Source of the DNA: an uncultured virus (IMG/VR IMGVR_UViG_3300017975_000001)
Taxonomy: Duplodnaviria > Heunggongvirae > Uroviricota > Caudoviricetes
Reading direction: 5' to 3' (one strand)
Length of the DNA: 64,000 nt
Virus record (IMG/VR): IMGVR_UViG_3300017975_000001
Under the pieces are notes generated by a model. It did no database searches. It was not told the DNA's origin and saw only the letters and a list, made by a program, of their open reading frames with translations. This document shows positions 52,773 through 63,812 of the stretch, one piece after another (positions within the stretch are counted from its first letter, which is position 1; every line of letters begins with the position of its first letter). The translations under genes and the position numbers were made by a program.

Positions 52773-53734
52773 CTGCGAAGCGACGGCCTTCAGTTACTGA
52801 CGAGTTCACACAGCGCTGCAAGTACCTCAAGCAGCTCGGTGTCGAATACCGGCAGGCAGAAGAATGGCGACCCACCGAACCTCCACGGTCGCCGCACCCG
52901 TTGGCACTGTTCGCGTCGGTACGTCTGCCGCTAACACCGCATGAATGGGTGGCACTCGTTCAAAATGAAGGGCAGTTCTACATCGGCGGTTGTTGCGCTA
53001 GCGCTTCGTACATCCAGGACGCAATCGAAAGCGTGTTTCGATTTCATGCTGGCTGGATTGAATGCACGCAGCTAGCCGAAATCGCTGACGCCATGATTGC
53101 GCACGATGGCACGTCGGATGAACCCAGCTTCGCAGCGTTGCTGATACCGATTCCAGAGGCTGTTGCCATCGCACGAAAGTCATTGCGGCTCCCTTCACGA
53201 AAGCTCGGCATTACGGCTGTCGATCCATGGTGGTTGCTGAAGCTTATCTGGCACATCGTGAAAGACTTCTATGCGCCGTCTCGGCCGCAGCCAAGCGAAC
53301 GGCCTACGGACCGCCGTGCACAGCTCGATGCAGCCGTTTCATTGTTGGGCCGCGGACTGACAGCGATCTCATGGGCGGATCTTTTCGGCAACGGCAACGT
53401 ACAACGTGAACCGCAAGCACACGCCAGTCGATTGGTAGCTTTGGCGCGGCTACTGCCGGCGCTCAAGATGCTGAACGAGAACGTCGATCTACTCGATCCT
53501 GGCCCAATCGCCGGTCAAGCACTCGTCCTCCAAGCCGATCCCGATAACGTGCTATCGAACGGCCACGGTCTCTGCATCTTCAAGACGGCTGAAGACGCGC
53601 AAAAGCTGATCGACTTGTGGAAGCGCCAGGAAGCCGAACACGTCCTGCCTAACCAAAAGCTGCAGCCAGCGGCGAAAGAGTATGCGGTTCGCCCTGTGCG
53701 AGTCTCGAAAGAACATGGAGTGGAATTTCTATGA
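52769..53734 (+). CDS. Hypothetical protein
   Basis: 321 aa, coupled by GTGA/ATGA overlaps on both sides. Confidence 0.6.
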   Translation: MTAKRRPSVTDEFTQRCKYLKQLGVEYRQAEEWRPTEPPRSPHPLALFASVRLPLTPHEWVALVQNEGQFYIGGCCASASYIQDAIESVFRFHAGWIECTQLAEIADAMIAHDGTSDEPSFAALLIPIPEAVAIARKSLRLPSRKLGITAVDPWWLLKLIWHIVKDFYAPSRPQPSERPTDRRAQLDAAVSLLGRGLTAISWADLFGNGNVQREPQAHASRLVALARLLPALKMLNENVDLLDPGPIAGQALVLQADPDNVLSNGHGLCIFKTAEDAQKLIDLWKRQEAEHVLPNQKLQPAAKEYAVRPVRVSKEHGVEFL

Positions 53735-55753
53735 CAGGAGTCAACATGGGTGAATACACGCCGGAAGAGCGTCGCGAGAAGCTAGCCGCGATGTCTCGTG
53801 CGTCAGCTGCTTTCTATGCGAGCGCGTTCCAGATCGGAGTTCACGGCTTTATTGAGTTTTGCGGACTCATGAATGAGTTCATCGACCTCTGCCGTGATGC
53901 AGAAGCTCAGGGCATCGACTGGATGCACGCAAACGTTCACAGCGACGCGCACTTACCGTTCGCGCCGCACCACATTGCATATCTCAGCGAAAAGCTGGCG
54001 TGCATCTACGGACGCCGCATCCAGCTCGTCGACGATGAAAAAGGAGACGTCTCCCATGTCAGTCCGCATCGGTGAAGTTAAGCCAGAGCATCCAAACCCA
54101 AACTCTGCTGCAGTCCATGTTCAAGCGAGCCGTGCAGGCGTGGAGCTGCATTCGGATCCGACTATGACGCTCGATCCGATTGAAGCGCGTAACTACGCAG
54201 CGCTACTCGTTCGTGCTGCTGATGAAGTCGAGCGGATGCGAGTCAGGGGGACTGATCATGTCATGCATGACGGGACGGATCACTGAACATGCACCGACTC
54301 GACGATGTTAAGTTGTTCGACGAACGCCCAACACGAACACGAACGTGTCCACAGTGCCACGGGCACGGAAACGTCATTGAAGGGTACGCGCTCGCCCAAG
54401 GTGAACCGATCGAAAGCGCGCCGAAGGCTGCGGTGTACGCTTCGGTCGCCGGATCGTTTGACATCTTCACTGCGTGCAAAGAAGCGCGCGAGATCGCCAA
54501 GCGTGCTGATCGCCCAGTCGCTTTCGATTTCAACGATCAGGTCGTAGTCGTTCACGCGAGCGACGATCCTAATCAAGTCGCCAGAGCGTGGTGGCTGAAA
54601 GCATACGGCGAAACACCAGAGCAAACTCGGGCCAGACGATGAACAGACTCGACGACGCGAACAAAGATCTCAACCTTGCGTTGAGTAATCTACAAGACGC
54701 CATAAGCACGGTCGGCGAACGTAATGGGACCTTCTACGAGCTGACTCACCTGCGCGGCCTCAAAGAGATCACGCGTGTGCTCGGCAGCCTATCGGTGACC
54801 GCGGCGATGCTCTACGACGAGCTGAAGCGGCCAAACGTCCGAGAGATGTTCAAGCGCGCCGAAGAGCAAGGCGCGGAAAAGCTTCCACTCACCGTCGAAG
54901 GCATGTTCGTGATGACGTACAAACTGTCCAAGGCGCTGATCGAAGTTGTGGCTCAAATCGAGCTTGGCGGCGATCCAGACTCGACGGCCGAAGCAGCGCG
55001 CACACGGTACGCTAAGGAGCTGAAGCTCGCAGAGCTGATCTTGACTCACTACGATTACGTGCAGCAATGACCCATGCCGGACCGGCCACGTCGACCGCCT
55101 AGGACTATCACTGGACGGGTTGGACTGCGGCTACGGGCAGCGATGAAAGCTTGCGGGCTCTGGGATCCGCTGGCGATCGACAACCGATCTCGCACGATGC
55201 ATCTTTGCGCGTTCGCGCTCGCGCAAGGTCTTCAGCCGCGAGATTTCGACAACAATCAGGGTACTGATGCTCTTGGTGCTATCGCGATAGCTCGAATGTC
55301 GCGTGTGCTTCATCGAGGCACCGCGAACGCAGCCGACAGCAACTTGATCTTTCTAACCGGCGCATGGTTGCGCGTTGCGCGTGCAGCGTTACGTGAGAGG
55401 AGTTGAATATTTGCCGCGAATGCGATACCTAGAACTTCAGCCAGTCCGAGCTTGTCGCAACAACTGTTGCGTGGATTGAAACGACAGCGTGAAGACCAAT
55501 CGCCGCAGGCGCCGACAGGGCGCGAAACGGGATACCGGCTCGCCGTACACAAGTACGTCGCGTAACCGCAGCGAGGCCAAAGCCAAGCGGACACGCAAGC
55601 GCTTGCGGGCGCGTGCGGAGCGTCGTGGCGTGAAGCCAGGGTCGGGAACGACATTCCCTGACGGCGGGAAGGGAAAGATCTCCAGCGGCTCCAGCGCACG
55701 ACGTCATCCTGACGTTCGTCACGCCAGGAGCGAGTTATCATTCCGAGAAGATG

Positions 55754-56158
55754 ATGCGCGTCCTCGTCTCCACTAAGAAGATGCAGAAACAGAGGGAAAA
55801 CGACTTCAGCTTTGTGCCGGAGAACGAACTTCTTTACTTCGGGTTCCAGTGCAGCGGCGAAAAGGTCGATGGAAGGTGCGGGTGCAGGCGGAGCCTCGTG
55901 GGCGTCAAGTGTCTGAAGGCCACGACGACGATGAAAGTGGCCGAGAGCAAGCTCGACGAGGAGGGGTTTGCAGAAGTGCTTCATCGCGCCTGGAAGAAAG
56001 GCGGGTTTACCGACTCGCTCGAAGATGGCCGCACGCGGGATCACGCGCGGAGAATGGCGAGAGAGCTTGTGGCCATCGCGAAGAAGTATCCAGTCGGCAC
56101 GATCCTTGAACGGCGCGCGACCTTTGCTAAGCGCCGCACGCGCCAGACTCGCGATTGA
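55754..56158 (+). CDS. Conserved Cys-containing hypothetical protein
   Basis: MRVLVST...NDF...C...DGRCGCRRS...ATTT pattern. Confidence 0.55.
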   Translation: MRVLVSTKKMQKQRENDFSFVPENELLYFGFQCSGEKVDGRCGCRRSLVGVKCLKATTTMKVAESKLDEEGFAEVLHRAWKKGGFTDSLEDGRTRDHARRMARELVAIAKKYPVGTILERRATFAKRRTRQTRD

Positions 56159-56321
56159 GTCTCGGCGCTGAAAGGACTGCTTGTATAGGATCAAGAGGCG
56201 CGATCGAGTGATTGAGAAGCGTGCGAGAGTCTGGAGGCAACGCCATCCTGATGTCCAGGCGCCGATAGATGTGCCTCTTTGGGGTGATGACGGCTGGGAA
56301 GGCTAGGTGTATGTTCAGGTA

Positions 56322-56618
56322 ATGGCTGAACGCTACACTCGAAAAGACGCTGAACGCTGCTTCAAACGGCTCGTCGAGGATATTGGCGGTCGACACGCTA
56401 AGAGTTACAGCGATGTCGGCGGACTTCGCCTTGACTACAACCCAATCTACGGCGGCGTGAACATAGAAGAGATCTCTAATAAGGCTGGCGGCATCACGCA
56501 GCCCTTTGGATCTCGCCGTATGAAGCCAGCAGAGTTCTGCTCGGCAGTGCGGATGGTCGAAGACGCCGTGCGATACCGCAAGGGCAAAGGCCTTGGTCGC
56601 TCACGGCGTCGTCGTTAA
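56322..56618 (+). CDS. Small basic protein ending GLG-RSRRRR
   Basis: ATG at 56322; C-terminus KGKGLGRSRRRR. Confidence 0.65.
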   Translation: MAERYTRKDAERCFKRLVEDIGGRHAKSYSDVGGLRLDYNPIYGGVNIEEISNKAGGITQPFGSRRMKPAEFCSAVRMVEDAVRYRKGKGLGRSRRRR

Positions 56619-56622
56619 GTGT

Positions 56623-57000
56623 TTAGCGTCGCCTGCGTCGACGCCGCGATAACGTTGTACCGTCCGCATTGTGCACCGTACAGGTCAACTCGCGGTCACT
56701 TGCTGTCTTGCGGCAGGTTACGTGTCGTGGACTGAGCACGAAATCGACACGAGCGCCGTACCCGGTCACGAAACTACCAGGCACATTCACTCCTGACGCG
56801 TTCTTCACGAGCGCCTTCGGATAATTCGACCAGCCGCCACCTTCTGGCAATGGGAAGGTTCCACCGCCACCCTCACCGCAGTCATATCCTACGTACGCTT
56901 CGCGCTTAGGTCGTAATTCGACGTAGCGCACATGGCAGCCTTTAGGCGTCTTGAACGACTTCGAGACGAGTTTTGCTTTTGGGATGTCCATGATTATCAC
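56623..57000 (-). CDS. Small basic beta protein ending LS-RRRRRR
   Basis: C-terminus DGTTLSRRRRRR; four Cys residues. Confidence 0.6.
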   Translation of the reverse strand: MIIMDIPKAKLVSKSFKTPKGCHVRYVELRPKREAYVGYDCGEGGGGTFPLPEGGGWSNYPKALVKNASGVNVPGSFVTGYGARVDFVLSPRHVTCRKTASDRELTCTVHNADGTTLSRRRRRRR

Positions 57001-57454
57001 CGCACGATCTGTCGGCGTGTGCAGCGATCCTCATAACAAGGTCCGTCGATGTACCAGTCGCCGCGTTCGACTGAACGATCGCGCTTGGCACGTTTCGCGA
57101 TACGCCGTTCAGCTTCGTTCTTGGTTCGGTGGTATCGACGAGTGCGCTTCGCTCCTGGCAAAGTTGGAAGCTTACCCGTTACCCAGTAGGCCATAGCTGA
57201 CTCCTTCTACTTGCAAGCAGAAACCGACCGGCGCACTTTTTCAGGCGTATCCCAGCCAACGTTTTGCTTGGCTCCTCGTGAAGAACGCGAATCCTGCACG
57301 CTTACACCGACCGCGTTCTTCGGGAAGGAAACTGGATACCCTTTGACCTTGCGCGCGTGAACGCGACACACACCACCACGTTTGACTACGTAGACCTTGT
57401 AGAGCGCCATAACGCAGTCAATTTTATCACGAAACCACCACGAGCGACGGTAGT

Positions 57455-57655
57455 TCATCGTCGTGGTGGCTGGGACGGCTGATGGCGGTTCACCTGGGTT
57501 GGCTGTGTACGATTCATCTCAGCAATCGCCGCCTGGCATGCTGGACATACCTGGCTCGAATTGTCGGGAATCTGCACGACGCCGGTACCGGCATTACTCT
57601 CGTTGCCACAGTAACTTCTGATCTTGACCTTCAAACCTTGGCGGCCGACCGTCAC
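57455..57655 (-). CDS. Small Cys-rich protein (paralog of adjacent C-terminal domain)
   Basis: RQGLKVKIRSYCG...VVQIPD...CPAC. Confidence 0.6.
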   Translation of the reverse strand: MTVGRQGLKVKIRSYCGNESNAGTGVVQIPDNSSQVCPACQAAIAEMNRTQPTQVNRHQPSQPPRR

Positions 57656-58476
57656 GCAGGCCGCGCAGGTCGCGGTGCACTACGCGCCATTTCTGCAACT
57701 GCTGCGCGACACGCCGGACAGATCTGATGAGGACTACTATCTGGGATTTGCACAACACCGACCCCTGCATCGCTATCTACTCCACACCAACTTTTGATTT
57801 TCACTTTGAGACCTTGGCGCTTTACAGAATAAACGATGCAGAACTTCCCAGGCATTTCGATTACGGCCATCATGTTCTTTTCCTGTTCCTGTTTTGGTTG
57901 TGCATTTATCAAGACAGCAACAACCGTGGCACAGTTCTCTACTGGCCATACTTCCCAGTCCGCGGCGCCGCCACCAAAACTTGCGCGCGCTTCGGCCCGT
58001 TCGAGATAAGCAATAGCATTTCGCAATCTCTTTATACTGTCTTGTGCGTGTCCCAACAGCAGATTGTCTTGGTTACAAACGATACCTCTTACGCTATCCC
58101 TTTTGGTAGCGATGCGGTGGTCATGCTCTACACGGTAATCTCCACCGAGTGGCTCCTCGCAAATTGGACAAACGTGGCCCTGCGTAGCCGAGATTTGTTC
58201 AATTTCCGTCTGCGAGATGTTGTATCGTCTTCTCAGGTACTCATTCCGATACTTTACATAAAAGCTTTTGGGATCTGCACCCCTTGCCGCGTAATACAGA
58301 ATCTGTCGTTGTCGGCGACGCTTATATGGATCCTTTATGCGATCCCTCTCGCGGCGATCGAGTGTGTCCTTTGTACGACAACCAACGCACCAATATTTCC
58401 CTAACGTAAATCGCACGTCATTGCGCTTACAGTGCGGACAAAGGTCACCGATCTGCTTCTGTATCTTTTTTCCCAT
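57652..58476 (-). CDS. Endonuclease VII-family HNH endonuclease, in frame with a small Cys-rich domain
   Basis: YNIS...QGHVCPIC...VEHDH...VRGIVCNQDNLLLGHAQDS...AIAYL; the DNA is visibly more AT-rich than its neighbours. Confidence 0.8.
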   Translation of the reverse strand: MGKKIQKQIGDLCPHCKRNDVRFTLGKYWCVGCRTKDTLDRRERDRIKDPYKRRRQRQILYYAARGADPKSFYVKYRNEYLRRRYNISQTEIEQISATQGHVCPICEEPLGGDYRVEHDHRIATKRDSVRGIVCNQDNLLLGHAQDSIKRLRNAIAYLERAEARASFGGGAADWEVWPVENCATVVAVLINAQPKQEQEKNMMAVIEMPGKFCIVYSVKRQGLKVKIKSWCGVDSDAGVGVVQIPDSSPHQICPACRAAVAEMARSAPRPARPA

Positions 58477-58739
58477 AGTCTACCGCAGGATTTGTTAACA
58501 CCCTAGCGTGGCAGCCTCGACATATCAAGCACTCGCAAAAACTCTTCGCGTGAAGGTCCGTCGCCGTTGCATCCATGCACCGAAAATCGGCACTGTCTAC
58601 AACAAGGGTCGGCCGGACCTTGGCATTCTGCGTACGGGATCGAGCGACGTTCTAGTGATACCGATTCGTTGTGGTAGAGCGCGATGTGAGCGGGCCACCG
58701 CCGTTTCTGTGCCCATACATAGATTTCTTCACTCGTCAC

Positions 58740-59162
58740 TCAACCCCAGTCATACGCAACGAGTTTGCCTGCGCGGTTGTAGCCGACTTGCGCGCAGTCT
58801 ACTGCGCCAGTCCAAGCTGGAAGCCGGCCATGTGCTTCACGAACAATTTCCATGCGGATGATCAGTAGTTCGGTTTGACGTGACAGGTGCAAGTCCTTCC
58901 ACGTTTTGGCGTAGCGCTCTTTGGCGCCGAGCCAATTGTCCGGCTCTAACTCGCGCGCGTTCGCTGATTCTCCATACAGGTTCTTCGGTAGCTTGATCAC
59001 GTTCGTGCCGTCGCGACCTTTGAACACGATGCGGCTGCGGCCTTCGCCTAATGGCGGCCCGTATACGCAACGCAGGTGTGTGAAGGCATAGACGTAGAAA
59101 CGATCCTCTTTGGCGTTAGTCCAACGCGAAAGCTCGTTACGCCAGTTGATCCGCTTGGTCAC
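58740..59162 (-). CDS. Minimal protein-kinase-like fold protein
   Basis: Gly loop LGEGRSRIVF, VIKLP, NARE, IRME and a terminal AYDWG (DFG-like). Confidence 0.45.
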   Translation of the reverse strand: MTKRINWRNELSRWTNAKEDRFYVYAFTHLRCVYGPPLGEGRSRIVFKGRDGTNVIKLPKNLYGESANARELEPDNWLGAKERYAKTWKDLHLSRQTELLIIRMEIVREAHGRLPAWTGAVDCAQVGYNRAGKLVAYDWG

Positions 59163-59429
59163 GGCCGTACCTTTGCCTTACACGTCATCAGCTCATCCTT
59201 GATGCGTCCTGACAACTGCAACCGCACTCGGGATCGTCACAGCGCGAGTGCGTGAGCGCGTGTAGCTCTTCACCCCTGAACCTTGCGCGCTCGAATGGGG
59301 CGCATGTCCGACAGATCTTGCGTCCACCGATCATTGCGGCGAACGCCTCGGCTGGATTGAGCAAGTTTCGGATTCGCTTGGTCACGATCGTACCTTCGCG
59401 GTTAGAAGGCTTCGTGTTACGTTGTGCCC

Positions 59430-59525
59430 CTTGAACATCGTCTGGAATGCGGGTTGAAACCAACGTGGCGAGGTGTGCATCTGGGATCGTCGACCGTTAT
59501 GTAGCCATTCCAGACGATGTCCAAG
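59430..59525 (-). ncRNA. Intergenic 20-bp stem hairpin, candidate structured RNA
   Basis: Arms 59430-59449 and 59506-59525 are complementary; the single mismatch becomes a G-U pair on the minus (transcribed) strand. Confidence 0.45.
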
Positions 59526-62012
59526 AAATTAGTCGATCGTCACACGCTTTGGTGGCGGCCGATCTGGTGCTGCATCTGTGATTCGAATAACGCGTCCAGT
59601 ACGCTCTTCGAAGCGGCTACCGCATGTGAGCCGTGGACAGACGAATGAAACGACGTAGCGCTTTCCGCAGTCAGGGCACTCAAAAGACGCGACGCGCATC
59701 TCGTCATCGGTCAGAAACTCTCCTCGCTTCGAGGAGCGTTTCATCATTTTGCCGTCATCACGCACGCACGTGTAGCAGTACCGCATTGTGCTAAGCGCTT
59801 CGCGGACGTTCTCCGGCGTCGGAGGTTCAGAACCTGCCCACGCACCCCAACCTGCACTGCGCGGTCCGCCACACCCATCGCAGACTAGATCGTCCTTTCC
59901 GAGTAGCCAGCCATTGCCTTTGCCGGCGACAGGCACGTACGCGCTTGTGTCTTCACCAGCACACCATGGACAGTGTTGACCTGGTGTTTGGAAGTAGCCG
60001 TGCGGGCACGTGGGCCAGCTCATGTTTGGAGCCTCGTTTGTACTATGTTCGGGACTCGCGACGGGCGACCGCCGTGTGGTTTGAAACGAAACGCCTCCGT
60101 GTACGCTTCCTCTTTCGCCGCTTGAGCGTCGACCTCCATTGGTAGCCGAACGATGGTAGGGACAGCGTTTCGTCAGTGATCATGCAAGCGATCTTTGCCC
60201 GCTCGACCATGATTGCCTCGCCAGGCTGCAGTACTCTGCCACCGCAGGCGTTCGCGATCTTTTCAGCGAAAAGTTGAGGGGTAACTTCCTCATCGAGCAA
60301 GAAAACCAGCGTCACTTTGTGTTTCTGAGTCACGTCGACGGTCTTCACTGCCATCTCTTCATGTGGAAACCTCTGTCAGTCGATCGAGAATTGTTCGGGC
60401 GCGCTTGTTATCGACGAAAATATGAGGAGCGTCATGCCAGATGTGTCTTACCAGCCATCTGAGTGCCTCGACATCCTCAAGCGAGAAATCATCGATCGCG
60501 CGCGCCAGGCGTTCGGCCTGCACTCTTCGCTGTTCGTGTGAGCCGTACGCACAACACCGTCGACAACCGGAAGACGATACTAGGTTCACGCAGGTACAAG
60601 CGTCGTGGCACGGCGTCGTGTACACGCACGGACATGAATAGCTCACGGCCATCTCTTGATCTGCTCTTGAAGCGTGGTGTAGCGGCGCTGTAGTTCATCG
60701 AGGTCGCGTAATGCCTTGCGATTGCCCTCCTCGCCAAGATCATCCAGCGATTGCATCGCGCGGATGCCGTCAGAGACTTGGGAAAGCTGCGCCTCAGCCT
60801 CCGCACGCGTTTGCGGTGCTGTACTAGATACGGCGAGCGCTGTCGCGCCATCCTTGAGGCGGCGCTGATCAATTGACGTCGGCATGGTTCGGCTGTCGAG
60901 AAACATTATTTCCTTCTGCACGGCGGCATCGACGGTGTCAATCAAATCAGCTACAAGAGCTGCGTGGCGCTCGACGGATGTCAGCAATAAGCCGAGGAGC
61001 TTTCTGTCGCGCGTCGATCGCCACGCCTTCGCTGCATCGTATACCGGCCGCATCCGCTTGCATTCCTCGCGCAGACGGTCGCGCTCGGCAATGACATTAG
61101 CCAACTCTTCGATCATCTGCAGCTCAGTTGGCCGTCGTTACAGAGATGGAATGTGCCCAGTCCAAGCTCCGCGCAGGGATATCGATGCTCATGTGCTTCC
61201 TTGCCACGTCTCGTGCTGCGTCGTACGCGTCGTTGGCATTGGACTCCTCGACGCAAACTTCATGACGCGCAAGAATAGAACCGTCAGCAGCTAGCCTGAA
61301 GAATTGCACAACGAAAGATCTCATCAGCGGCTTGGACTTGGATTTCATCGATCGTGTCATGCTCAATCTCCTATTAGTCGTCGGAAACGCGTCCACAGGC
61401 GTCACAGACGATGACATGTGGGATGGCGCTGTTCATGGTCTCGTGCGCACAACATAGGAGTGCGGCCTCAAGGGACTTTCTCTAAGATCTTGAACACCTT
61501 CTCGCGCAGCGCCACAGCCGCGCGGACCGCCCTCACGCAGTCCTTCTTAGCGCCACCGTCGGCGATCTGGATGTTCTCGACGGCCTCGCGGAGGAGTTGC
61601 TCCGCCGCCATGACCTGCGCCTTGGCCGACGCGATTAGGTACAGCCGCTCCAGCCTCTCGTGATCGACGCCCGGTATCTCCCGCATCTTAGGAAAGACTC
61701 GACGCCTCAATCGGTTTCACACCGAGAATCTCAGCTGCTTTCATGAAGCCTCGCGCTGTAGGCGTGACAATGACAGCATGCTTGGGATCCTGGTTCATGA
61801 TCGCGCATGATACGACGTTGCAGACCCACTCGACCTCCAGCACGTAACAACGCAGCCGCCAGCAGTTGTCGACGTCATCGTGAGCACGAAATGCCTTGTC
61901 AGCCTGCGCATTGGCTTCAATAAGTAGCTGCGCGAGTTGAAAGGGATGTTTGCCACGACAGGCTTCGAAGCCTGCTACGGCGCCTTCACATTTGTGCGGT
62001 TGATCTGCGTAA

Positions 62013-62504
62013 TTAACGCGCGCGGCGGCGATGCCATCGTCGATTACGCGAGTCAGGAAGTCGAAGTAGTTCATTGCGTGATTCCTTGGCGGGCTGCCCA
62101 ATTCCAATCCGAGCAAGTAGCGCTTCTAGCCGTGAACACGCATCTGCTCGACATTCGCGCGGCATTTCCAGCAGCGGCGTGACCTCGTCTTCTTCGATCA
62201 CGATCAAGCGCCAGGAACGTCCTCGACCTGGTGTAGACCACGCAAGACGTCCCCAAGGTGGAAAGTCGACGCTGACTGGACGAAGATCCCTAGGCTGTCC
62301 TTGAAACTGCCACGCGCGTACGTGGTTCTCGATGAGCAGCAACTTTCGATGAATTTCATCATCGTAGGCGTTCAACTTCGCTGAAGCCTCGAACAACTCG
62401 CGAACGACGTCGCGTAGAGGTCGTTCAGTTTCTGGCACGTTCGTGTTATGTTCAGGGCTCGCGGCAGCCGACCGCTGTGCGGATTGAAACCGGACTGCAC
62501 TCAT
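62013..62504 (-). CDS. Hypothetical protein
   Basis: ATGA-coupled to the upstream RHH gene. Confidence 0.55.
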   Translation of the reverse strand: MSAVRFQSAQRSAAASPEHNTNVPETERPLRDVVRELFEASAKLNAYDDEIHRKLLLIENHVRAWQFQGQPRDLRPVSVDFPPWGRLAWSTPGRGRSWRLIVIEEDEVTPLLEMPRECRADACSRLEALLARIGIGQPAKESRNELLRLPDSRNRRWHRRRAR

Positions 62505-62677
62505 GGCTTACAGATCGCTGCCGCACGGGATGTAGTGGTTGGCGTAAGTCCTAGTTCAGGACCTACTACAGCCACCACGATGCTCGACATCGAGATGCCG
62601 TGCGCCTCGGCGTATGCCTTGAGGCGTGCGTGCATTCGCCCACTAATACTAATGTGTGCGTGTCGCTTGCTGCTCAT
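62501..62677 (-). CDS. Ribbon-helix-helix DNA-binding protein (58 aa; not in ORF track)
   Basis: MSSKRHAHISISGRMHARLKAYAEAHGISMSSIV...; its stop overlaps the next ATG. Confidence 0.65.
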   Translation of the reverse strand: MSSKRHAHISISGRMHARLKAYAEAHGISMSSIVVAVVGPELGLTPTTTSRAAAICKP

Positions 62678-62756
62678 GTTATCTCAACCCTTGGCTTTGC
62701 CTTAAAGTTCGATCAGAGGTTTGACAGCGACATTGTGTGAGCGTTAGCGTTCATCT

Positions 62757-63812
62757 CTACGCTTGCTTTGCCGGATTTCGAGGCAAAGACTTACGCTTCC
62801 TTTTACGCTTTCCCTTGCTTGATTGTTCGCGAGGCTCCTTGCCGTCCTCAACCGGCCGCCAGTCCATTAGGAGCATATTAGCTGGTAGATCTGAACCAAG
62901 CTCCTGACCATCTCCGTCAGACGTGTATCCCGTGACTGCAGCGATTTGTGCCGGAGTCGCGCCTTCAGCCTGGGCCCAAGAAATGAAGGTCTTTCGAAAG
63001 ACGTGTGGTCGTATGTCCTTGAGCCCTGCGTCGAGTGCGCGCTCTTTCAGCACGCGATACAGTCCATCTGGTGTGAGTCCTTTTTCGTTTATCCGGCACT
63101 TGAGTTGACCGTCATCCTGACCCAGTGCCCGAAATACGGGCCCTGAAGAATGACCATTCTCGACGAGCCAGCTGATCCAGTCTGCCAACGCATCTGCCGT
63201 CACTGCATCGAGCGATATCGTGTGCGGTTCGCCGCCCTTCTTCTCGAAAGTCAGTTTACAGCCAGCTGCTATGTTGTGTGTCTTCGAAAAGTCTGAGAAT
63301 TTGATTTTACAGATTGAGAACCGCAACATACCGGTTCGCAATCCAAGTGTAACGATAGCAAGATCGCGAAGGTCCCGTCCGCGCTTTGAATGGCGATCTA
63401 TGCCACGACATGTATCTAGGAGGCTTCGGGCCTCACTCCACGTCAGCGCCCGCTCCTCTGCTTCAGACAGTTTCTTCTTGGCTGGCTTTTTCGTCGGCTT
63501 GGTCGGTGTTTCTTCAGTGGGCAGTGTTTCAATCGCACCGAAGAAACGCTGAGCTTGATCTCGCGGTACGCCTTTCAAACGCCGTGCAGCGAACCGCAAA
63601 GCATTCAATGCGACGTTGATGCTTTTGGCCTGAAGCTTGCGCGCTTGCATGCTCTCGCGCCAGAGCTGTGGCGCATCCTTCGTCCATCCAGACTTGTTCG
63701 CACCAGCGAATTCGACGAAGGCTCTTATGTGCTGAAGATACAATTCCTGTGTTCGCGGTCTGAGCTTCTTGGCATGGATAACGACTTCTTCCAGTTCAGT
63801 AGGTTTTGACAT
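62757..63812 (-). CDS. Tyrosine recombinase/integrase (XerC/D-like), atypical C-terminus
   Basis: N-terminal core-binding-like region (LRPRTQELY), RDLAIV..RTGMLR, KGG and HVFRKTF; TGY replaces LGH and there is no downstream Tyr. Confidence 0.8.
   Translation of the reverse strand: MSKPTELEEVVIHAKKLRPRTQELYLQHIRAFVEFAGANKSGWTKDAPQLWRESMQARKLQAKSINVALNALRFAARRLKGVPRDQAQRFFGAIETLPTEETPTKPTKKPAKKKLSEAEERALTWSEARSLLDTCRGIDRHSKRGRDLRDLAIVTLGLRTGMLRFSICKIKFSDFSKTHNIAAGCKLTFEKKGGEPHTISLDAVTADALADWISWLVENGHSSGPVFRALGQDDGQLKCRINEKGLTPDGLYRVLKERALDAGLKDIRPHVFRKTFISWAQAEGATPAQIAAVTGYTSDGDGQELGSDLPANMLLMDWRPVEDGKEPREQSSKGKRKRKRKSLPRNPAKQA

Noticed and set aside
57727..58404. 225-aa hydrophobic plus-strand ORF
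   Set aside because: It is antisense to the EndoVII HNH gene, which has clear motifs.
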